Shown in pieces: positions 19,427-28,009 of a DNA stretch of 64,000 nucleotides; the first letter of the stretch is position 1, and every line of letters begins with the position of its first letter. This stretch comes from Alphaproteobacteria bacterium (GTDB taxonomy: Bacteria > Pseudomonadota > Alphaproteobacteria > CACIAM-22H2): NCBI GenBank assembly GCA_041690495.1, contig JAWLHE010000013.1, positions 12,446 through 76,445 of the forward strand. Direction: 5' to 3'. The position numbers and the translations under genes were made by a program. Below the pieces are notes generated by a model that was not told the DNA's origin, did no database searches, and was given only the letters and a program-made list of their open reading frames with translations.

Positions 19427-20284
19427 TTACGTCGCTGTTCTGGCCGCGCCCTGGGGAATGCGGTGCTGCCCGCTTCCGCCGCCGGGCGGCCGGGCCTGCT
19501 GTGCGGATTTCCGTCTCAGCACCATGCAGCCTTTCTCGCAGTCAATCGTCTCTCCGCCGAAATCAGGGTTCTCCTCGAACCATCTTGAAATGACCTGCTG
19601 GTCGCCCCTCCGGTCCGCGTCGTCGACGAAAACCGCAGCGCGCGAGGAGAGGCGCGGGAAGAGCAGCGGGCCGGCCGGATAGCGAATCATCTTCTCCATC
19701 GGCATCGGCGGCCCATCGACGACGAGCATGTCGATCGGAACATCCGCAAGATCGCGCGTGTCATACCATTTCCACGTATCGCCGCCGATCGAATGCTCCC
19801 GAAGCGGCGCATGAATCACGTCCGCCCATTCGCTCAATCCGTGCCGCTCGAGATTACGGCGCGTCTCCTCCGCGAAACGGCCATCGTGGTCGAGCGAGAT
19901 CACCCGTCCGGCCCCGTTCAGCTGCATGCAGCGCGCAAGGACGACCGTGGAAACGCCGGAGCCGCACTCGACGACCACCTGCGGGCGATGCTCCAGGGCG
20001 TGCCCGGCGAGAACCGCAAGGAAATCCGGAGAAGCGGCCCACTCCCGCGTGTTGGGCAGTGCGCGCGTGAAATTCAGCTCGCGATACAACCCGTCCAGTG
20101 CCTGCAGCTGCTGGAACAGCCGGTCGTTCGCCTTGGCGCGTTCGATGTCGTTCCTGACGTCGAACGCCATGAGGTGAACGCGACGCACCTTGTGCAGCAC
20201 ATAGGCCGACAGCACGACGTTTCCGAGCACGAGGAGAACGATGGCCCCGATGAGGGCGTCAGAAAATGTAACAGTTGCGTTCAT
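19427..20284 (-). CDS. Membrane-anchored class I SAM methyltransferase
   Basis: N-terminal TM helix, VVECGSGVST, DMLVVDGPP, FVDDADR. Confidence 0.88.
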   Translation of the reverse strand: MNATVTFSDALIGAIVLLVLGNVVLSAYVLHKVRRVHLMAFDVRNDIERAKANDRLFQQLQALDGLYRELNFTRALPNTREWAASPDFLAVLAGHALEHRPQVVVECGSGVSTVVLARCMQLNGAGRVISLDHDGRFAEETRRNLERHGLSEWADVIHAPLREHSIGGDTWKWYDTRDLADVPIDMLVVDGPPMPMEKMIRYPAGPLLFPRLSSRAAVFVDDADRRGDQQVISRWFEENPDFGGETIDCEKGCMVLRRKSAQQARPPGGGSGQHRIPQGAARTAT

Positions 20285-20327
20285 TGGTTCCCCAAAGTCA
20301 TCGCGTCACCAGGTTGCGGCTCGGGAC

Positions 20328-21593
20328 TCACTTCGCGTCGGAAGAATCCCGGACGTGTGGCGATTCGTGCCCGGAAGCGTGGACGGGCAGCGAAGGCCGT
20401 ACGGGGCTTTCCGCCGGCGCGGCTGAATTCCTCCTCCCGGCCCGTCCGAGCTCGCGCGCGCCGGACACCGGCAGTACGGTTGCGGCCGCCTTGATCAGCC
20501 AGAGCACATGCCCTTCCCGGCCCTTGGGATTTCTCAGCTCCCAGTAGAAGGACCTGCCGATCGCGGAAACCACACCGGCGCCGAATGGCGACCGCGCCAG
20601 CGCGCACAGGCGGCGCAGAAATCCCGGCAAGCGCGAAGCTTCGTGCACGAAGCTGTTGTGAACGCAGAACGTGAACGCGATCGCACGCTCGGCGTCGGTT
20701 ATCGGTCCCGGCGCTCCGGGCACGGCAGCTGCGGCTTCCAGATCCTCGAACATCTCCCGGAGCAGTCCCTTGCTGGCCATCACGGAAGCCCTGGACAGCA
20801 GCGCTTCCCTTCGCTGCGCTGCGCTCAGCGGGCCTGCGGGCACGGCCAGCAGATACTCTCCAAGATCGAGCTCGTTCCTTATGCGCGCGCCGATGATCTT
20901 GTCATAGGCGCGCCAGACCTTGTGACGCTCCGACTCGGCGTGATTTTCCGCCGCGCTGCCGCGCCGTCCCGGGTGCTGCCGAAGTATATACGTCGCGCCA
21001 TCGATGATCTTGCACGGGTAGAGCCGGGCGAGCCGGACGAGCATGTCATAGTCCTGCCCGCGGATCATGTCCTCGCGGAATTCACCGGCACGCCGATAGC
21101 ATTCCCGCCGCACGATCGCCCCGTTGAGCATGAAGAAGCAATCCTTCATCAGCTCCAGAAAGACCTGCCTCCCTTCCCTCTTGCGGACCGGCATCAGCCG
21201 CTCGAACGCGATGGTCCCGTCGGGTCCCGATTTTCCCGATGCATAGCTGCTGCACGTGAATCCCAGCTCCGGGTTCGCGGCCAGGACCTCGAGATGGCGG
21301 GCGATGGCGTCGGGATAGGCGACGTCGTCGTCGTCGAAGGTCCAGACGAGGTCGCCCGTGACATGCTTCATGCCGAGGTTCAGCGCCGAGGCCCTTCCCC
21401 CGTTCTCCTTGCGGAGATACGTGATCCGCTCCCCGTACTTCCTGACCCGCTCGGCCGTGCCGTCGGTGCTCCCGTCGTCGATGACGATGATCTGAGCGGG
21501 TGCGATCGTCTGCCCCACGAGGCTGTCGAGGCTCTCCTCGATGAAGTGCGCCCGGTTATAGGTCGGAACCAGGACCGATACGGAGCTGGGCAT
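20328..21593 (-). CDS. GT2 family glycosyltransferase
   Basis: VSVLVPTYNRA, IDDGSTD, FDDDD, GQDYD. Confidence 0.92.
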   Translation of the reverse strand: MPSSVSVLVPTYNRAHFIEESLDSLVGQTIAPAQIIVIDDGSTDGTAERVRKYGERITYLRKENGGRASALNLGMKHVTGDLVWTFDDDDVAYPDAIARHLEVLAANPELGFTCSSYASGKSGPDGTIAFERLMPVRKREGRQVFLELMKDCFFMLNGAIVRRECYRRAGEFREDMIRGQDYDMLVRLARLYPCKIIDGATYILRQHPGRRGSAAENHAESERHKVWRAYDKIIGARIRNELDLGEYLLAVPAGPLSAAQRREALLSRASVMASKGLLREMFEDLEAAAAVPGAPGPITDAERAIAFTFCVHNSFVHEASRLPGFLRRLCALARSPFGAGVVSAIGRSFYWELRNPKGREGHVLWLIKAAATVLPVSGARELGRAGRRNSAAPAESPVRPSLPVHASGHESPHVRDSSDAK

Positions 21594-21697
21594 TCCTGTC
21601 GTCTCCACCTGGAAGCGTCGATCCGGCACCGGCAGCGCCCGTGCGGGCCGCCGATATGTTGCAGGCCGAGCGCTGTCCGCGAGCGCCGGCCTGCGAT

Positions 21698-22738
21698 TCA
21701 GGGTGCCGGCGATTGCGTCGGGCCATCGAGCCTCGCCTTCGGACGAAGCCGAAGGCGCCCGGACAGCCTTCGGAGCAGGACCGGCGGAACCCGGAGAAGG
21801 CCGGCCGGATCGGTCCGGAAATACTTGATCATGACCGGGAGGGCTTCGCTTCTGCGGCTGCTCCAGATCACGCTGATCATGTTCTCGATGAATTCATGCC
21901 GATAGCGGCGGATGCGCGCCTGGATGGCCGGCCGATAGGACCTGGACGCGGCGAAATGGCCGGCGGCGTCCATCATGCAGGTCTGGTCGTAGAACGCGCG
22001 CCACAGCATCTCCGGGGATCCCCAGTCCACGCCGTTGTAGATATTGACGCCGTAGCTCAATCGGACGTTCGGGGTCGTGCAGAAGACCGTCTTCTCCGAG
22101 CGGCTGGCAGCCTCCATCCAGAAGAAATGATCCTCGCCGCCGGCCCGCAGATCGGCGCGAAAATTCATGGGAAATGCGCTCGCGCGGTAGACCACCGCAC
22201 TGGCCTGTATCGGGCATCCGATCAGGATGCGCTCGAACAGGCTGCCGGTGTACGCGAAGATGTTCTGCTCCGCGTCGATCCGCTCGCACTCGGCCGCGGG
22301 AATCTCCCTTGTCTCGAAAATCGTTCTCGCCCCGTCGCGATGCACGGCGTCGCAGAAATAGAAATCGAAACCCCGGTCCAGCGCCCGTTTGGCGGTCGCC
22401 AGATGGGCAGGGGCCCAGCTGTCGTCGGAATCCAGCAGCGCGATGTATTTCGAATCCCGGCGCGCGTGCTCGATGCCGCGATTTCTGGCGGCGCCCGGGC
22501 CGCCGTTCTCCTGCCGCAGGATGAGCAGGTGCTCCGGGAACGCCTTCAGAAGGGGCTGCAACTCGTCGTCGGCCCGGACCGGAGAGCTGTCGTCCACGAC
22601 GATCACCCGCGGCGTCGCCACGCCCTGCTGAGACAGGGCGCTGGTCACGGCCTTCGCCAGTATGCCGGGCGCACGCTGGAAGAACGGAATGACGACCGAG
22701 ATCTCCCGGGTCGCGCCGGCAGGCGCCTCGCTGTTCAT
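21698..22738 (-). CDS. GT2 family glycosyltransferase (ExoW/ExoO-like)
   Basis: VVIPFFQRAPGIL, VDDSSP, NGGPGAARNRG, LDSDD, GEDHFFW. Confidence 0.9.
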   Translation of the reverse strand: MNSEAPAGATREISVVIPFFQRAPGILAKAVTSALSQQGVATPRVIVVDDSSPVRADDELQPLLKAFPEHLLILRQENGGPGAARNRGIEHARRDSKYIALLDSDDSWAPAHLATAKRALDRGFDFYFCDAVHRDGARTIFETREIPAAECERIDAEQNIFAYTGSLFERILIGCPIQASAVVYRASAFPMNFRADLRAGGEDHFFWMEAASRSEKTVFCTTPNVRLSYGVNIYNGVDWGSPEMLWRAFYDQTCMMDAAGHFAASRSYRPAIQARIRRYRHEFIENMISVIWSSRRSEALPVMIKYFRTDPAGLLRVPPVLLRRLSGRLRLRPKARLDGPTQSPAP

Positions 22739-22886
22739 CGTCCCCCTTAAGACCAGAAACCAGGACCCGACCGGCGGATACGCGTTAACATTTCGGGCGC
22801 CTGCGCATCCGAATATAGAAGCGTTTCGGGCGAAATGCTTGGTTAAGATTGTGTGGCCGGAACCGCGCCGGGCGCCGCGGCGCCGT

Positions 22887-23354
22887 TCACAACAGGCGGT
22901 CGGGATAGCGTCGCCCCAGAACCAGCCGGTGATAGGCGATGGCGGTCACGAAAAGGACCGCCAGGCTGATGCCCAGGGGCTCGATCAGAAACCACCACGG
23001 CGCGCCGGTCGAAATGACGATCAGCGGATCGGCGCCGGCCGGCGAATGGATCGTGTCGGTAACCATCATCAGGACCAGCGCCGTCGCGACCGCGGTCGCC
23101 ATGACCGGCCAGCCGGTGCCGAATTCGTGTGCAAAGATCAGCCCGACGATCGACCCCACGACATGCCCGCCGATCAGGCTCCGCGGCTGCGCCATCTTGG
23201 TTTCCGGCATCCCGAAGATGATGACGCACGATCCGCCGAGGGACGCAAGCAGCCACGGCACCTGCTCGAACTCCATGAGCGCCAGGACGAGCACCATCGC
23301 GGCGGCGCACGCCGCCCAGGCGCCCACGAGCGAAAGCACACCGAATCGTCTCAT
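22887..23354 (-). CDS. HPP family membrane protein
   Basis: LLASLGGSCVIIFG, AQPRSLIGGH, HSPAGADP; start uncertain. Confidence 0.88.
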   Translation of the reverse strand: MRRFGVLSLVGAWAACAAAMVLVLALMEFEQVPWLLASLGGSCVIIFGMPETKMAQPRSLIGGHVVGSIVGLIFAHEFGTGWPVMATAVATALVLMMVTDTIHSPAGADPLIVISTGAPWWFLIEPLGISLAVLFVTAIAYHRLVLGRRYPDRLL

Positions 23355-23516
23355 CACCACACTCGTCGCAGGACCCGCCGCCGCTGCGGGCGGCGAATCG
23401 ATGTCAGGCCGCGCCTCATATGCGTCAGTTCGGACCCGCGCGCAAGAACGCGGGCGCCGCAGCATGGCGGACCCCATACGTTCGCACGGCTCCGCGCCGC
23501 GGCCGGAGCGCCGGCA

Positions 23517-24677
23517 TCAGGGCCGCGTGCCGCCCTGACCGGTCGTCGCCGTTTCCGGCACCGCCGCATCCGCGGACCCGAGGAAGCGACGCCGCTCCTG
23601 CGCGTAGCGGACCAGTGCCGCGAACCGGTAGAGCCCGTGCACGAACTTGCCGTAGGGCAGGGTCACGAACAGCGCGAACACCACGCCGAGATGGAGAGCG
23701 AGAAGGACGCCCATGGCGCCCGTCTCCCGCAGCGCCAGCAGGGCAAGGCCGGTCAGGCTCGTCAGGAAAAGCATGACGATGAAGGCGGCATCCATGCCGA
23801 AGCGGGCCTCGTCGCGCAGCGCCGGCGCGCGCCGCCACATCGCGGCCAGCAGGCCCGCGGGGCCGGCGAGGAGGCCGATGCCGCCGAGCGTGCCGAGCAC
23901 GACCGGCAGGTCGTACCACGGGTACGGCGCCTCGCGGCCGAGCAGATAGTGATACGCCGTCGCCACCGTGGTCGCGGCGAAGCACAGCACGAACCCGTAG
24001 AACGTGAGGTGGTGATACGCCCGGCGCCGGTCGGCCGGGCGGTCGTCGTCGTTGAAGCAGCCGACGCCGCCGCCGTCGAGATAGCGCAGCCGGCCGGCAT
24101 CGGCCAGCGCCTGCCGCAGGGCGCCGGGCCCGCCCCGCCCGCCCGGCGGCGCGCCGGTGTCGCGCCAGAACAGCCGCACGCTCATCGCCATCGCGACGAT
24201 CGCGTAGAGGAACGCGGCGCCGAACAGCAGCACCATCGCGCCGTGCGGCATCAGCCGGTAGAAGGCCCCGGGCCCGGCATGAACCCCGAACAGCACGGCC
24301 GGATCGTGCCACGCGACGAATCCGAGGACGAACGCGGCGACGCCGAGCGCCGCCGCCAGCGCCACGACCAGGCCGTTGCGCGCGAACAGGCCGGCACAGC
24401 CGCGCGGCCAGGCATAGGCGGCATAGGACTGGTTGCGCACCCGGGCCAGGACCTGCGGCACGTTGACGTCGAATTCGTGCGGCGGCGCGAACTGGCAGTC
24501 GTAGTAGCAGGCGCCGCAGGCATGGCACAGATTGGCGAGGTAGTAGAGGTCGCCGTCGGGGAAGGCGCGCCGCATCTCCATCGCCGGGAAGACGGCGCAC
24601 AGGCCCTCGCAGTAGCGGCACGCATTGCAGACCGTCATCAGCCGGTCGGCTTCGGCCAGCGCCCTAGTCGCGTGCAT
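23517..24677 (-). CDS. tcuB: Tricarballylate utilization 4Fe-4S membrane protein TcuB
   Basis: CNACRYCEGLC, CHACGACYYDCQFAPPHEF, LPYGKFVH. Confidence 0.93.
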   Translation of the reverse strand: MHATRALAEADRLMTVCNACRYCEGLCAVFPAMEMRRAFPDGDLYYLANLCHACGACYYDCQFAPPHEFDVNVPQVLARVRNQSYAAYAWPRGCAGLFARNGLVVALAAALGVAAFVLGFVAWHDPAVLFGVHAGPGAFYRLMPHGAMVLLFGAAFLYAIVAMAMSVRLFWRDTGAPPGGRGGPGALRQALADAGRLRYLDGGGVGCFNDDDRPADRRRAYHHLTFYGFVLCFAATTVATAYHYLLGREAPYPWYDLPVVLGTLGGIGLLAGPAGLLAAMWRRAPALRDEARFGMDAAFIVMLFLTSLTGLALLALRETGAMGVLLALHLGVVFALFVTLPYGKFVHGLYRFAALVRYAQERRRFLGSADAAVPETATTGQGGTRP

Positions 24678-26061
24678 GCGCGGCCGCCTCCCTGCCGGCA
24701 ACGCGGCCGAACACGCTGCCGATGGTCATGCCGATCCCGGCGGCATAGCCGCGGCCGAGCACGTTGCCCGCCATGATCTCGCCGGCGGCGAACATGTTGG
24801 CGGCGGGCCGCCCGTCGCGCATCTGCATGCGCGCGTCGCGGTTCACCCGCGTGCCCAGATAGGTGAAGGTGATGCCCGGCCGCACCGGGTAGGCATGGAA
24901 CGGCGGGGTCTCGATCCGCCGCGCCCAGTGGCTCTTGGGCGGGTCGAGCCCCGCGGTGCGGCAGTCGTCGGGGATCCTGTCGTCGAACGTGCCGGGCCGC
25001 ACCGCCGCATTGAACGCGCCGACCGTCGCCTCGAGCGCGCCGGGGTCGAGATCCAGCTTCCCCGCCAGCGCGCGGATGCTTTCGGCCCGGATCGGCGGGT
25101 AGAGCGACGGCATGAACAGCGTCAGCGCCGGCGCATCGAAGATGATGTAGGCGATCTGGCCCGGCTGCGCCGCGATCAGCCGCCCCCAGATCGCGTAGCG
25201 CTTGGGCCAGATGTCCTCGCCCTCGTCGTAGAAGCGCTGCGCATGCCTGTTCACCACGATCCCGAACACAACGCAGTCGAGCCGGGTGATGATGCCGCCG
25301 TCGAATTTCGGCGCGCGCGCGTCGATCGCCACGGCATGGCACTGCGTCGGGTCGCCGACCTCCGCCACGCCGCGCTCGAGCAGCATCTTAAGCACCGCGC
25401 CGCGGTTGTAAGGCGTGCCGCGGATCAGGAAGTTGTCGGCGGCCTCGCCCCAGTGGGCCCTGAGCCAGTCGATATTGGCCTCGAACCCGCCCGACGCGGC
25501 GACGAGCGTCGCGGCGCGGACCGTGACGCGCGCGCCGCCGCGTTTCACCGTCGCCGACAGGAACGTGCCGGCATCGATCTCCAGATCGACGACCTCGGCG
25601 TCGTAGACGGCCTCGACGCCGAGGCTTTCCGCCGTGCGGTAGAGCGCGTTGAGCATCGCGCGGCCGCCGCCGAGGAAGAACGAGTTGGTGCGGCCGAGGC
25701 TCAGCGTGCCGCCCAGCGACGGCTGGAAGCGCACGCCCTGGCGCGGCATCCAGTCGAGGATCTCCTTCGATTCGGCGATCATGAAGCGCGCCAGCGCCTC
25801 GTCGGTCTGCCCCTCGGTGACGCGCATCAGGTCGTCGACGAACTCGTCCTCGGTATAGGGCCCGCTCAGGGTGTCGGTGGCCGCGTCGTGGGCGCAGCGC
25901 ATGTTGCGCGTGTGGCGGGTGTTGCCGCCGCGGTAGAACCTGGGCGCCGCCTCGAGCACCAGCACCGACGCGCCGGCGCGCCGCGCGGTGATCGCCGCGC
26001 ACAGCGCCGCGTTGCCGCCGCCGACCACCAGCACATCGAACTTGCGCGCCAGATCGACCAT
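24664..26061 (-). CDS. tcuA: FAD-dependent tricarballylate dehydrogenase TcuA
   Basis: VVGGGNAALCAA, RGGNTRHTRN, DARAPKFDGGIITRLD. Confidence 0.93.
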   Translation of the reverse strand: MVDLARKFDVLVVGGGNAALCAAITARRAGASVLVLEAAPRFYRGGNTRHTRNMRCAHDAATDTLSGPYTEDEFVDDLMRVTEGQTDEALARFMIAESKEILDWMPRQGVRFQPSLGGTLSLGRTNSFFLGGGRAMLNALYRTAESLGVEAVYDAEVVDLEIDAGTFLSATVKRGGARVTVRAATLVAASGGFEANIDWLRAHWGEAADNFLIRGTPYNRGAVLKMLLERGVAEVGDPTQCHAVAIDARAPKFDGGIITRLDCVVFGIVVNRHAQRFYDEGEDIWPKRYAIWGRLIAAQPGQIAYIIFDAPALTLFMPSLYPPIRAESIRALAGKLDLDPGALEATVGAFNAAVRPGTFDDRIPDDCRTAGLDPPKSHWARRIETPPFHAYPVRPGITFTYLGTRVNRDARMQMRDGRPAANMFAAGEIMAGNVLGRGYAAGIGMTIGSVFGRVAGREAAAHARD

Positions 26062-26263
26062 GCCCGACCGCCGCGATGGAAACCGGCGGGAATGCTACGT
26101 CGTTCATGCCGGTCCGCGGACAAAAAAAGCGCGCGGGATCGCGCGGCGGGAACGGCGGTGTCGGAGTCCGGCGGCGATGCCGGAGAGCCGGCGGTCGGGA
26201 CGGCAGATCGCGGCGGCTGCCGGCACGGGGCGCGGCGCCCGGGCCGGTCGGCACCGCCGCGCA

Positions 26264-26554
26264 TCATTCGATCGTCCAGCACCCCACGTCCACGCCCCAT
26301 TTCGCGCGGGCCTCGATCAGCGCCGACTGCAGGGTGCAGTGCCAGCTTTCCGGACCGGCCTGCGCTTCGCGCCGCCGGAAGCAGAGCAGGACGTAGCCGC
26401 CCTTGTCGGCCGGGCCGTGCTCGATGCTGAGCCATTCCATGCCCTCGCGGCGGTGGCTTGGCGGCACGGCGCTGACGAGCCGGCATCCGGTCCAGCGTTG
26501 TCCGCGCCGCGCGGCATCATGGCCTTCCGGCAAGCGGTGCTCCATATCCCCCAC
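26264..26554 (-). CDS. Hypothetical protein
   Basis: GGAGG RBS; protein-like composition (WLSIEHG...SWHCTLQSALIEARAKWGV). Confidence 0.55.
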   Translation of the reverse strand: MGDMEHRLPEGHDAARRGQRWTGCRLVSAVPPSHRREGMEWLSIEHGPADKGGYVLLCFRRREAQAGPESWHCTLQSALIEARAKWGVDVGCWTIE

Positions 26555-26897
26555 TCGCTCCTCCCGCCGCTTGCCCCCGTTCGCGATCGCGACACTTTAA
26601 AAACGCCGCGCGGACGGTGTTGTGATTTTTTCGTGTAGACTACGAAGCATCGGGGGGCCTGCGCGCGAATGCTCCGCTGCGAAGGGCCGGCAACCGCCCG
26701 ATCCGCGCAGGTCGCCGGCGAACGCCGACGCCTCGCACCGCGCCGGCTACCGGCGGAGCCGGAAAGAACCGCTGGTCCGGATTGATAAACAGCATCTGCA
26801 ATCGCATGACCGCTTGGCCCACAGGCGCACTCGATTCCCGAAGCGACGGCGCCGCAGGCGCGGCCCGGCCATGCGCAACGCTCTGCGAGGCAACGCG

Positions 26898-27140
26898 ATG
26901 TCTTCTCCGCAAGCGGCGAATGCAGGACTTGGAATCGAAAGCATCCGGCCGGGACGCGCTGCGGTCGGACCGGGCAGAATGCCCGTCATGGCGCTCGTCG
27001 GCCTTGCCCTGAGCGGATGCGCGGCCGGTGCCTTCGACCGGCCGCCGCGCCCGACGCAGGCCCAGGAGCTCTGCCGGTCGTGGGGCTATGATCCCAACGA
27101 TCCGGTCTGCCTCCGCACCTTCCGCCGCGATCCGCCCTAG
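26898..27140 (+). CDS. Small lipoprotein
   Basis: LALSGC lipobox and CRSWGYDPNDPVC motif; start 26898 or 26979. Confidence 0.6.
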   Translation: MSSPQAANAGLGIESIRPGRAAVGPGRMPVMALVGLALSGCAAGAFDRPPRPTQAQELCRSWGYDPNDPVCLRTFRRDPP

Positions 27141-28009
27141 AGAGCACCGGCGCGGCACGTCGCGGAACCGTTCACCGCCCGCGGTGAGTCCGACCGCGCC
27201 GGGAGCGATTGCCGGTCGCGCCAGGCAACGGCGGCAGCGGCAGAACCGCGGACCGGCGTCATCGTGCGGCCGGACGTCCGACCTCGATCTTCGGCGCGAC
27301 CGGCGTGCCCGCGCTGTCGGCGATCGACACGGCGGAATAGCTGTCGCCGATCTCGCCGCTGTGGCGTGTGCCCTTCTCGATGCGCCGGATGGTGCTCATG
27401 ATGTCGAAGCCCCCTTATTGACATTGCTCGACTTCGCGAGAATGGAGCGGGCCGAGCGGTGGCCGACATCCCTCAAAGCGGCGCGCCGCTGACGACGATT
27501 CCATCGGCATCGCTGTAGACTATCGCGCCGCAGCGCCCCCGGGCCGGACCGGCGTGGCGGATGGTGCCAATATCCAACGCAGGCACGATCAGGCACGCAA
27601 AAGTTATTCTGTGCTTGAGCCGAGGCGCCTGAACGCAACCGGCGTCAATCTCCCGGCGGCTATTGAGCCGTGGCTTGAGTATCGGGTCTAATACTTCCTC
27701 TGCATGCAGCCGATACTCTCAGAGTTGGGATGCCGGCGCGGGGGCGGTCCGGGCCGAGCTGGCGCGTTGGCGCGTCCCCATGACCGGCAGGGTCAGGCGG
27801 AGCATCATGCGCAGGTGCGTGCCGTGCCTGCGCCCCGCCCTCGCCCGCACGTCGCATCGCCCGATTCGCCCGCGGCCGTGAGCGCGCCGGCGCGCGAGGA
27901 AGCAGGCGGGGGAGGAACGCGGCGAAGGCAGTAGCAACGGCAGCGGGTCCGCTCAGGCCGAAAGCAATACAGCAACGCCCACACGCAAGCTGACGCTGCG
28001 CGAGCGCCG

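Noticed and set aside
26060-26260. Possible cobalamin riboswitch upstream of tcuA (CobZ homologue)
   Set aside because: No B12-box or conserved GGGAA/GCCACTG elements could be found.
27137-27990. Short ORFs between the small lipoprotein and the methyltransferase
   Set aside because: Arg/Pro/Ala-rich translations in competing frames with no motifs; none can be supported.
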